This document shows, in pieces, positions 48,769 to 57,762 of a stretch of DNA of 64,000 nt. The translations under genes and the position numbers were made by a program. How positions within the stretch are numbered: the first letter of the stretch is position 1; every line of letters begins with the position of its first letter. The notes below the pieces were generated by a model that was given only the letters and a program-made list of their open reading frames with translations, searched no databases and was not told the DNA's origin. Source of the stretch: Bacteroidota bacterium (GTDB lineage: Bacteria > Bacteroidota > Bacteroidia > UKL13-3); contig CANNQU010000005.1 in the NCBI GenBank assembly GCA_947507965.1, forward strand, positions 22,884-86,883, read 5' to 3'.

Positions 48769-49446
48769 ATGAATTGGTTTTTTTTAACTTTTTTCCCTGC
48801 TTCCTTCACTGCACTAAAAGCAAATTGGAGAATAGCGCTGGGTCAGTCCTCCTTTAGGATACAAGCCATTATTACGTTACTTATTTCACTTCTTATCGGT
48901 TTTTATATTTCCAACTTTCTCTTGTTTATTGAGTCACGACCAGGGCATAGCATTTCCGACTTCATTTTAAATACAATCGAAGCTCGAGACCTTTCATTGC
49001 CAATATTTATCTTGCTTTATTCTGCCATCTGTATCGCCATCATCAATTTGAGTGCAACACCCGTGCATTTTTTAAAAGCGATACAAGCCTATTGCCTTTT
49101 AATCATCATACGTATGTTTTGCATTTATCTGTTTCCGTTGGAGCCCGACCAATCCATGATTCCTTTAACAGATCCTTTTGTAGGCCGTTTTTTTTATAGT
49201 GACACCATCATTGTCAAAGACTTGTTTTTTTCGGGGCATGTTTCAACCTTATCGTTGTTAGTGCTGGCCACCCCTTATCCACGACTGAAATACTGTTTTA
49301 TTACCGCAACGGCACTCGTTGCCGGTTTTATTTTAGTACAGCATGTTCATTATACGATCGACGTGCTTGCGGCTCCTTTTTTCTCTTGGGGATGTTATAC
49401 CCTTGTATCGAAGTTAGGGCTACACCAAAATAAGGGAGCAGAATAA
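48769..49446 (+). CDS. Sphingomyelin-synthase-like PAP2 family phosphotransferase (candidate ceramide phospho-head-group transferase)
   Basis: Contains SMS D3-like KDLFFSGHVS (compare C-G-D-x3-S-G-H-T) and D4-like HVHYTIDVLAAPFF (compare H-Y-T-x-D-V-x3-Y). Six TM helices, 225 aa. Confidence 0.55.
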   Translation: MNWFFLTFFPASFTALKANWRIALGQSSFRIQAIITLLISLLIGFYISNFLLFIESRPGHSISDFILNTIEARDLSLPIFILLYSAICIAIINLSATPVHFLKAIQAYCLLIIIRMFCIYLFPLEPDQSMIPLTDPFVGRFFYSDTIIVKDLFFSGHVSTLSLLVLATPYPRLKYCFITATALVAGFILVQHVHYTIDVLAAPFFSWGCYTLVSKLGLHQNKGAE

Positions 49447-49552
49447 AAAATTAAATATACCCTCATTTTTCCAATTTATAAACCCTGCGCGTTGTTTTTT
49501 GGAGTTTAAAAACAACCTTACATCTTCAAAAGAGGAGGCACTTGTTTTAATA

Positions 49553-50275
49553 TCATCTCTCCTCTTTACCTATCGTTACCGAGATGATTATATAGGCCAG
49601 AATAATAAGTGGCAAGGCCTTGAATTGAAGTGCTGCCAGAAGTATCGCTGCGACACCCAATAATATATAACGTGCTTTATTCGAGGTAAAATCGTAGGTC
49701 TTAAACTTCAGGGAAATCAATTTTAGATCAGAGAGCATTAGATAACATAAACCTAAAACAAGAAAAATTAATGTTATGGGGTGCACTAAAAAATTGCTCA
49801 ATCGTTCTGAGGTATGGGAATCGAATACAATGAAAGGTAATGCTGCTACAATAAAACCCATGGAAGGTACCGGCAATCCAATAAATCCTTCCGACTGCCG
49901 GGTGTCGATATTGAACTTTGCCAAGCGCCAAGCCGACCCACAGGGGATTAAAAAGGCAACAAAAGAATACCAGTTTCTCATTGGATCGTAATCGATCGTT
50001 AAAAAAGTACTGTTGAAATAGAATAGCGTAAAAACGATGAATCCCGGTGCCACCCCAAAACTAACGACATCAGCCAATGAGTCAAGTTGTTTTCCAATAG
50101 GAGAATACGAATCCGTCATCCGAGCCACCAACCCATCTAAGAAATCAAACACCGAAGCAGCCATAATAAAAAGTGCGGCCATTTGTAAGTCGATACGAAT
50201 GCAATAGAGTATCGAAAGACAGCCACAAATTAAGTTGAGGCAGGTTACCATATTGGCAAGATTTTTTTTTATCAT
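49553..50275 (-). CDS. pssA: CDP-alcohol phosphatidyltransferase, phosphatidylserine-synthase type
   Basis: CDP-OH-P motif D-G-x2-A-R-x8-G-x3-D-x3-D (DFLDGLVARMTDSYSPIGKQLDSLADVVSFG). 240 aa polytopic. Confidence 0.75.
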   Translation of the reverse strand: MIKKNLANMVTCLNLICGCLSILYCIRIDLQMAALFIMAASVFDFLDGLVARMTDSYSPIGKQLDSLADVVSFGVAPGFIVFTLFYFNSTFLTIDYDPMRNWYSFVAFLIPCGSAWRLAKFNIDTRQSEGFIGLPVPSMGFIVAALPFIVFDSHTSERLSNFLVHPITLIFLVLGLCYLMLSDLKLISLKFKTYDFTSNKARYILLGVAAILLAALQFKALPLIILAYIIISVTIGKEER

Positions 50276-50336
50276 AATGGGTTACGTAATTCGTATTCAA
50301 GAACAACAATAATGGCATTTAAAAATCACCTAAAAC

Positions 50337-51659
50337 TTATTTCTCATACAACTTACTCTTATCAACAACCAGTAGCTTGTCTTTATCTTTCAAGGTACGA
50401 GAAATGGCAGAATACGGTCCTGATATAATTTTAATCTTTTCGGAGAGCGTGGAGGTAATCTCTATGAATTTATCATCCTGAATCCCAGTCTGAACTTGCA
50501 CTTTCTTCGCGTTGCCAGCACTATCTACCATAAAAACAATTTGCTCCAAATCGTCGCGAGAAGTACTGATTTTATCTGTTGTTTTTTTCTTCTCCGTTTC
50601 ATTTTTATCTCGCGTGCTTACACATTCAATCGGCACGCAGAGAACGCCTTCTTTCCTACCTGTTTCAATATCAACTGTTGCGTTCATTCCGGCCCTAAAT
50701 GGCGATTCGTTGGCGGCAAGCTTCGATTTAATCTCAGCGTATGATTGGGGCACTACTCGTATTTTCACTTCGAAGTTCGTTGCTTGATCAGCGCTAACCG
50801 ATAAGGATGATTTTGCTGCATTGGCAATTTCATAAACGACTCCAACAAATTTTTTGCCCGGATAAGCATCCACCTCAATTTTTGAAGAATCGCCACGTTG
50901 TATATGTACGATATCATTTTCATTAACATCGACGATAACCATCATAAAGTTTAAATCGGCAATACGCATCATTTCTGTCCCTGCCATTTGCGATGTTCCC
51001 ACCACCCGTTCTCCGCGCTGTACCTTTAATCCATAGATAGTGCCTTCCTTAGGCGCCATAATGGTGGTCTTGTTTAAATTATCGGTTGATTCTTTTAAGG
51101 AAGCCAGTGCGCTTGTGATGGCAAATTCGGCTCCTCTAATGGTTTGATTTGCAGCCTCCACTTGCGCTTTTGCTACGTCGAAGGATGATTTACTTGCTTC
51201 TAATTCAGCATCACTGATTGCTTTCTGAAAATGCAACGAGGTGTTACGTTTATAGGAGGCCTCTTCGGCAATCCATCGGGCATCGGCTTGAGCCTTACTA
51301 GCCTTAGCATTCGCTAGCTGGGCTCTGGCTTGATCAACACTAGCCGCAATACGGTCTTGTTGCGACTGATAAATTTGAGGGTTCACTTTCGCAAGTACTT
51401 GTCCTTGTTGAACATAATCGCCATCTTTCACAAAGAGTTCCGTAATTTCACCGGAGATATCCGAAGATATTTTCACCTCATTTTCGGGCTGAATTTTCCC
51501 ATTCGCCGCTACCATTTCAATAATGGTACGATATTCGGGTGATACCACTGAAACTTTGATTCCTTTTTTTGCGTTAATCCAACCTGCTTTCTTACCGATA
51601 AAAGCAACAACCACCAATAGGATGACGATGCCCAACAACCACCAAATAATACGTTTCAT
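50337..51659 (-). CDS. HlyD/MacA-family periplasmic adaptor (membrane fusion) protein
   Basis: N-terminal TM anchor (IIWWLLGIVILLVVVAFIG), a long alpha-helical hairpin with A/Q-rich heptads (…ARAQLANAKASKAQADARW…) and beta-barrel/lipoyl-like flanks. 440 aa. Confidence 0.8.
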   Translation of the reverse strand: MKRIIWWLLGIVILLVVVAFIGKKAGWINAKKGIKVSVVSPEYRTIIEMVAANGKIQPENEVKISSDISGEITELFVKDGDYVQQGQVLAKVNPQIYQSQQDRIAASVDQARAQLANAKASKAQADARWIAEEASYKRNTSLHFQKAISDAELEASKSSFDVAKAQVEAANQTIRGAEFAITSALASLKESTDNLNKTTIMAPKEGTIYGLKVQRGERVVGTSQMAGTEMMRIADLNFMMVIVDVNENDIVHIQRGDSSKIEVDAYPGKKFVGVVYEIANAAKSSLSVSADQATNFEVKIRVVPQSYAEIKSKLAANESPFRAGMNATVDIETGRKEGVLCVPIECVSTRDKNETEKKKTTDKISTSRDDLEQIVFMVDSAGNAKKVQVQTGIQDDKFIEITSTLSEKIKIISGPYSAISRTLKDKDKLLVVDKSKLYEK

Positions 51660-51669
51660 ATTTTAAAAT

Positions 51670-53079
51670 TTATAGTGTGATATTTATACCTCTGTAAAAA
51701 TCGATTATTTTACTCTTTAAAAGCAAGTCGTACTTGGCTTGCTGCAGGTTTATTTCCGCTCTGGCTTTATTATTTTTCGAAGTAATGAAATCGAGGTAGC
51801 TGCTCACCCCCTGCCGATAACGGAGTTCGGTATTGGCATAATACGTACTTTGAGCGGTCAGATTTTTTTGTGCCGCTGTGTATTTCGCTATGGCTGCCTG
51901 TACATCGGTTATGGCTTGCTGTATGTTTTTCAATAAAATGTTTTTTGTCTGAGCAAAATTCAGATCTTGATTAGCTAAATTAATTTTCGATTTCTGCAGA
52001 TTGCCGGCAACTTTTAAATTATTAAAAATAGGAACCGTAAGACTCAACGAAATATATTTTCCAAAGTTCTGGTTTAGCTGGTCGTTAAAAGGTACCGAAG
52101 AGAAATTGCTCTTGTATTGGGGAGCAAACACGGTGTCTAAAGAAGTCTTGGTTAAACCGATTGGAGTAATACCAACAAAAGTAGAGCCGTTATACATGAC
52201 ATATTTATTACTATACAAGGTATTCAATCCACCCGACAAAGTAAACCGGGGCGACAGGCTTCCGAAGGCTATTTTTTGAGTCACCCTGGCTGCATCCTTA
52301 CGTAGCTGAGCTCCCTTCACTTCCGGGCGATTTAGCAAGGATTGTTCATAGATGACATTGACATCATATTGCTCAGCCAAAGGAAGTGCAATATTAGGTC
52401 GTTCAATCTTAAAATTGTTCGTTGCCGGCAATTCCATCAACTGAAGAAGGGTTAATTTCGCCGTTATAATGCCATTTTGCGCCATCTGAACATTGTATTC
52501 ATCGTTAGCTTGTTGGGCGTCTTGTTCATAAAGAGCACTTTCGGCAAGTTTCCCGGCTTTTACAAGAATATCGGTGTGAGATCGTTGACCTTGGGTAACC
52601 TCCAATTGTGAATAGGCATTGCTTAAATTATCTTCTGCGTACATAACCTGTAAAAAGGCAGCAGCTACTTGTAACGAAAGATCGTTTTGCTGAGCTGAAA
52701 CATCGGTTTGTGTTGCTTCAAAATTTAACTGCGCGAGTTTTAAGTTATTTAAAAGCTGAAAGCCATTGAACAAAATAACATTGCTATTCACCCCCACATT
52801 TGCCGATTGTGAACTGTTGCTAATATACGCATTGGTAACAGGATCTATATTTCTACCATAGTTAAAGTTTTGGCTGAAAGAGGCATTTAAGTTAGGAAGC
52901 ATCGCTGCCTTACTTGTTTTAACATCTATCTTGGTACTAAGTAAATTAAGCTGTGCCTGTTTCAAGCGAATATTATTCCGCAATGCCGTTTCGATACATT
53001 GCTGCAGTGAGTAAGGCTGCTGAGCAGTTGTTACCAACGAACAAAATAATAAAATAATTAAAATTCGAATCCCTTTCAT
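51670..53079 (-). CDS. TolC-family outer-membrane efflux protein
   Basis: Signal peptide, 469 aa, two internally repeated halves rich in Q/L/A/N heptads with interspersed beta-strand segments. It is immediately upstream of the HlyD-like gene (10-bp gap). Confidence 0.8.
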   Translation of the reverse strand: MKGIRILIILLFCSLVTTAQQPYSLQQCIETALRNNIRLKQAQLNLLSTKIDVKTSKAAMLPNLNASFSQNFNYGRNIDPVTNAYISNSSQSANVGVNSNVILFNGFQLLNNLKLAQLNFEATQTDVSAQQNDLSLQVAAAFLQVMYAEDNLSNAYSQLEVTQGQRSHTDILVKAGKLAESALYEQDAQQANDEYNVQMAQNGIITAKLTLLQLMELPATNNFKIERPNIALPLAEQYDVNVIYEQSLLNRPEVKGAQLRKDAARVTQKIAFGSLSPRFTLSGGLNTLYSNKYVMYNGSTFVGITPIGLTKTSLDTVFAPQYKSNFSSVPFNDQLNQNFGKYISLSLTVPIFNNLKVAGNLQKSKINLANQDLNFAQTKNILLKNIQQAITDVQAAIAKYTAAQKNLTAQSTYYANTELRYRQGVSSYLDFITSKNNKARAEINLQQAKYDLLLKSKIIDFYRGINITL

Positions 53080-53244
53080 GCCACAAATTATTGGGGTGCA
53101 AAGGTACTAAAAATCGATATCGTATTTGGTATAGACCACTTTAAGTAAAAAACAATCGTTATTCCCGTTAAATTGGAGCCAAACTTCTTATCCCATACCA
53201 AATACAATTCACCATAAACGTCTCCCAATCCATATCTTTGCCAC

Positions 53245-54519
53245 ATGAACATATTGTTATTGGGTAGTGGCGGCAGAGAGCATGCTCTGGCTTGGAAAAT
53301 AAAACAATCGACTTTTTGCGATGCGTTATTTGTGGCACCTGGAAATGCAGGCACAAATGCACTTGCCACAAATTTACCATTTGAAGATGACGATTTCGAT
53401 GCCATAAAAAAAGCTTGCCTGCAATACCAGATAAAGATGGTGGTGGTAGGCCCTGAAACACCTTTGGTGAAGGGAATTGTTGATTTCTTCGAACAGGATA
53501 AAGAACTACTATCCATACCCATTATTGGCCCCAATAGAGCAGCTGCCCAATTAGAAGGGAGTAAAGATTTCAGTAAACAAATCATGCAGCAATGCCATAT
53601 TCCAACAGCAAAATATGCAACCTTTACCGCTGCTAATTTTAATGATGGGATTACTTACCTAAAAACGCACCCGCTACCCATCGTACTTAAGGCCGACGGC
53701 TTAGCTGCAGGCAAAGGCGTATTAATTTGCACCTCAACACAGGAAGCCATCGATGAATTTACGGCTATGCTTCAGGCTGGCAAATTTGGAGCCGCGAGTA
53801 CAAAGGTAGTCGTTGAAGAGTTTTTAGAAGGAATCGAGCTATCTGTATTTATAGTAACCGATGGCATCAATTATAAAATGCTTCCTAGTGCGAAAGATTA
53901 CAAGCGTATTGGAATAGGAGACACCGGGTTAAACACCGGAGGAATGGGGGCTGTAAGTCCGGTGCCATTTGCCGACGACACTTTTTTAAAGAAAGTTGAA
54001 ACTCAAATTGTCATTCCTTTACTTGCGGGCCTTCAAAAAAACAATATTACCTATAAAGGCTTTTTGTTCGTTGGATTGATGAACCGCAATGGAGAGCCCT
54101 CCGTAATTGAATTTAATTGTAGGCTTGGCGACCCTGAAACGGAGGCAATAATACCAAGGTTAAAAACCGATATCGTAACAATATTTCAAGCCATTGCTAC
54201 TTCAAAAGTAGGTGAGTTGAAAATAGAAATAATAGATGAAACCGCCGTCACCATATTCCTGGTATCGGGTGGCTACCCAAATGAATACAAGAAAGGTTTA
54301 CCAATTAACAACCTGATGAATGTTGAAGGCAGCCTTGTTTTTCACGCTGGAACCACCCTTAAAGACCAACAAACGGTTACCCAGGGGGGCCGTGTGCTGG
54401 CTATTACTTCGTTAGGGAAATCGATACCCGAAGCGGCAGAAAAATCGCTTGCTATAGCTCAACAAATAAATTACGAAGGGAAATATTACAGAACCGATAT
54501 CGGACACGATTTAATATAA
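53245..54519 (+). CDS. purD: Phosphoribosylamine--glycine ligase
   Basis: MNILLLGSGGREHALAWKI N-terminus and ATP-grasp core (…LKADGLAAGKGVLIC…). 424 aa. Confidence 0.9.
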   Translation: MNILLLGSGGREHALAWKIKQSTFCDALFVAPGNAGTNALATNLPFEDDDFDAIKKACLQYQIKMVVVGPETPLVKGIVDFFEQDKELLSIPIIGPNRAAAQLEGSKDFSKQIMQQCHIPTAKYATFTAANFNDGITYLKTHPLPIVLKADGLAAGKGVLICTSTQEAIDEFTAMLQAGKFGAASTKVVVEEFLEGIELSVFIVTDGINYKMLPSAKDYKRIGIGDTGLNTGGMGAVSPVPFADDTFLKKVETQIVIPLLAGLQKNNITYKGFLFVGLMNRNGEPSVIEFNCRLGDPETEAIIPRLKTDIVTIFQAIATSKVGELKIEIIDETAVTIFLVSGGYPNEYKKGLPINNLMNVEGSLVFHAGTTLKDQQTVTQGGRVLAITSLGKSIPEAAEKSLAIAQQINYEGKYYRTDIGHDLI

Positions 54520-54527
54520 ATAACAAC

Positions 54528-55091
54528 ATGACCTCTTTTAACTTTCGCAACGTTGCACGTAAACTATTAACTTATTTTTTGCGTGGATTACTTTTTGTTA
54601 TCCCCGTTAGCTTATCCTTCTACATTATTTTTTCTATCTTCACTAAAATCGACAATATCATACCGTTGGGGTATGGCCTTGGTTTTTTAGTTATCATCGC
54701 TTCGATAACACTCATCGGATACATAGGGAATAAGATTTTTGGGCAATCCATTTTAGAATTTATCAACGATCTGTTGGAACGTACCCCGGGAGTGAAGTAC
54801 ATCTATAATTTGATTAAAGATTTTATGGAAGCTTTCGTTGGAGAAAAGCGAAAGTTTACAGAACCCGTGATGATTGAAATTAGTGAAGGTATTTACAAAT
54901 TGGGGTTTGTAACACAAAAAGAGTTATCGAAATTCGGAATGTCGGAATTTATGAGCGTTTACTGCCCTAAAAGTTATGGAATGATGGGAGACTTATTGAT
55001 TGTAAAAAAAGAAAAAGTGCGATTAATTGATAAAAACGCTACACAAACGATGTCCTTTATCGTAAGTGGAGGCGTCACCGATATTGATTAA
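54528..55091 (+). CDS. DUF502-family membrane protein
   Basis: N-terminus …LLTYFLRGLLFVIPVSLSFYIIFSIF is typical of DUF502. 187 aa, two TM helices. Confidence 0.5.
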   Translation: MTSFNFRNVARKLLTYFLRGLLFVIPVSLSFYIIFSIFTKIDNIIPLGYGLGFLVIIASITLIGYIGNKIFGQSILEFINDLLERTPGVKYIYNLIKDFMEAFVGEKRKFTEPVMIEISEGIYKLGFVTQKELSKFGMSEFMSVYCPKSYGMMGDLLIVKKEKVRLIDKNATQTMSFIVSGGVTDID

Positions 55092-55170
55092 TTGAAATGC
55101 TAAAATCACCCCATTTGATTCCGAAAAAAAGTTTAGTTTTACCTCCATTTAAATATCATTACCCTATCTC

Positions 55171-56793
55171 ATGAAATATATTATTTATCTTTTTCTATCA
55201 CTAACCCTAGCATTTTCTTCTTCAGCCCAAAAAGCTCCCGACCGTTGGTTTAACCTCGATTATGCCAACGATGGCGTTGCTGGAGTGAGCTCTGACAAGG
55301 CCATTCGAGAAATTCTTAAAGACAAAAAAGCCCAGGATATAATCGTTGCGGTAATCGATGGCGGAACCGACCCCATCCATGAAGATTTAAAAGAGAATAT
55401 GTGGGTAAACTCGAAAGAAATTGCCGGCAATGGCGTCGATGATGACGAGAATGGTTATATTGATGACATCTACGGATGGGATTTCATTGGTAATGCGAAC
55501 GGTACGGTAGAATTCGACAATATGGAGGTGACGCGATTGTATCGCGACCTGAAAAAGAAATATGACGGTGTAGATCGAAAGAATATTACCTCCGACAAAA
55601 AACAAGAGTATGCACTTTATATCAAGGTAAAAGAGGAGTTTCAAAAGAAATATGAGACCTCTAAGAAGAATTATGAAATATACTATAATTTCTTAAAGTC
55701 ATATAATGCACTGAAAAAGGAGATTGGGAAAGAAAAACTTAGCAACGAAGATATTGCTTCCTTTAAATCGGAAGATCCTGCAACAGCTTTAGTATTAAAC
55801 ATACTACATAATATTATTGCCGGAGGCAGTAATATTGAAGATATCGACTTTGACACGGAATTGAAAGGTGCTGTAGAACACTATGAGGTGGAATATAAGT
55901 ACCAACTAAATTTAGACTACGACCCACGTACGAAACTAGTAGGCGACAATTACTCGAATATGAATGAACGGAAATATGGCAATAATGAAGTGAAAGGGCC
56001 CGATGCAACCCACGGCACCCACGTAGCTGGTATTATTGGCGCCATTCGGGAGAATAATATTGGAATGGACGGTGTTTGTAATCATTTGAAAATAATGGTT
56101 GTACGTTGCGTACCCAACGGTGATGAGAGAGATAAAGATGTAGCCAATGCCATTCGTTATGCCGTGGACAACGGAGCTAAAATTATTAACATGAGTTTCG
56201 GGAAATACTACGGAACCAATAAAGCTTCGGTTGACGAAGCGGTGAAATATGCCATGAACCGAGATGTTTTGATCGTTCATGCTGCTGGCAATGAAGGAGC
56301 CAATCTAAAAGGGAAACAACATTTCCCCACTCGTATCTACGCTGATAAAAGCGGTGAAGCCAAAGCCTGGATAGAAGTTGGCGCCTCACAGCCCAATATG
56401 CAACCTGCTTCATTTAGTAATTATGGTTCAAAAGACGTGGATCTATTTGCACCCGGAACAGAAATTTATTCTACCACTCCCGACAACAAATACCAAGTGC
56501 TTCAAGGTACCAGTATGGCTTCGCCGGTAGTGGCTGGTTGTGCGGCACTATTAAGGGCCTATTACCCAAACCTTACCGCAGAGCAGGTGAAAAGTATTTT
56601 ACTTAAAACCGTAACTAAAGTTCCAGGAAAAATGGTTCTACCCGTTGATGATGAGGCACAAGCTAAAGCAGAGGAGACGGATAAAAAAATATCACCCTCG
56701 AGAGTCACCTACAAAAAACTGTGTAGGACAGGTGGAATCGTTAATGTATATAAAGCAGTGATTGCAGCAGAAGCAATGAAGGAAGGAAAGTGA
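55171..56793 (+). CDS. S8-family (subtilisin-like) serine peptidase, secreted
   Basis: Catalytic triad blocks VAVIDGGTD (Asp), HGTHVAGIIGA (His), GTSMASPVVAG (Ser). Signal peptide. 540 aa. Confidence 0.85.
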   Translation: MKYIIYLFLSLTLAFSSSAQKAPDRWFNLDYANDGVAGVSSDKAIREILKDKKAQDIIVAVIDGGTDPIHEDLKENMWVNSKEIAGNGVDDDENGYIDDIYGWDFIGNANGTVEFDNMEVTRLYRDLKKKYDGVDRKNITSDKKQEYALYIKVKEEFQKKYETSKKNYEIYYNFLKSYNALKKEIGKEKLSNEDIASFKSEDPATALVLNILHNIIAGGSNIEDIDFDTELKGAVEHYEVEYKYQLNLDYDPRTKLVGDNYSNMNERKYGNNEVKGPDATHGTHVAGIIGAIRENNIGMDGVCNHLKIMVVRCVPNGDERDKDVANAIRYAVDNGAKIINMSFGKYYGTNKASVDEAVKYAMNRDVLIVHAAGNEGANLKGKQHFPTRIYADKSGEAKAWIEVGASQPNMQPASFSNYGSKDVDLFAPGTEIYSTTPDNKYQVLQGTSMASPVVAGCAALLRAYYPNLTAEQVKSILLKTVTKVPGKMVLPVDDEAQAKAEETDKKISPSRVTYKKLCRTGGIVNVYKAVIAAEAMKEGK

Positions 56794-56898
56794 AAGACTT
56801 GGTCGCGGAAGGGAAAATTTAATCGCTACGCCTGACCGAATTTACAACCCAATCCTTCTTTATCCTCGAAATCAGAGTCCGCTATAGAATCATAAAAA

Positions 56899-57756
56899 AT
56901 GGATAGCTATATTGAATTAAGCCTTGAGGCTGATACCCAAAAACAAGAGCTGCTCATTGCAGAACTTAGTGAGCTGAACTTTGATAATTTCTCGCAAGAA
57001 GAAAACCTGTTGATGGCTTATTCGTTGAGCAAAGAGTTCACACATTCTAAAGACGAGGCCTTGAAAATTATCGAAAAATATCACGCAAAATTATGCTCGA
57101 TAAAAACAATCGCAAACGACTTAAACTGGAATGAAAAATGGGAAGAAAATTTCGAATCCACGACGATCGGAAATGAAATATATGTACGAGCCCTTTTTCA
57201 TGAAAACAAAGAAGGTTTCAAACATCAGATTATCATTCAACCGAAAATGAGTTTTGGCACTGGCCACCATGAAACCACGCAACTTATGATGGAGCTCATG
57301 CTCGAGGAGCAATTATCAAAAGTGGGATGTCTGGATATGGGATGTGGTACCGGAGTATTATCCATTTTAGCTGAACAGATGGGCGCAGCACATACCATTG
57401 CCATCGACTATGACGAATGGTGTTTTGAGAACACAAAAGAAAACTTTGCATTAAACCATATTCAAAAAGCAACCGTAATACTTGGTGATGCGGCTGTATT
57501 AGCCGAATCAACATTTATGGATTTATGGTTACCATTAAACGAACGAATTATCCTAAGTAATATCACCAAGAATTATAACCTGGAAAACTTAGGCATCTAC
57601 CACAATATTTCACCAAGTGGTACCGTTATTCTTCTGAGTGGCTTTTATGAAAACGACCTCCCCGACATTATAATGGAGGCGGAAAAGCACGGAATACAAT
57701 TCGTAAAAATGAAAACTAAAAATAACTGGTGTGCTGCCAAATTTGTTCAACAATAA
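56899..57756 (+). CDS. prmA: Ribosomal protein L11 methyltransferase
   Basis: F-G-T-G-x-H-x-T-T (MSFGTGHHETTQL) and SAM motif DMGCGTGVLSI. 285 aa. Confidence 0.8.
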   Translation: MDSYIELSLEADTQKQELLIAELSELNFDNFSQEENLLMAYSLSKEFTHSKDEALKIIEKYHAKLCSIKTIANDLNWNEKWEENFESTTIGNEIYVRALFHENKEGFKHQIIIQPKMSFGTGHHETTQLMMELMLEEQLSKVGCLDMGCGTGVLSILAEQMGAAHTIAIDYDEWCFENTKENFALNHIQKATVILGDAAVLAESTFMDLWLPLNERIILSNITKNYNLENLGIYHNISPSGTVILLSGFYENDLPDIIMEAEKHGIQFVKMKTKNNWCAAKFVQQ

Positions 57757-57762
57757 ATTACG

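Noticed and set aside
53088-53585. 165-aa - strand ORF overlapping the purD start and its promoter region
   Set aside because: It overlaps a confidently identified gene (purD) on the opposite strand by about 340 bp. Its composition is low-complexity (S/P/A-rich) and it has no motif. It is most likely a spurious frame.
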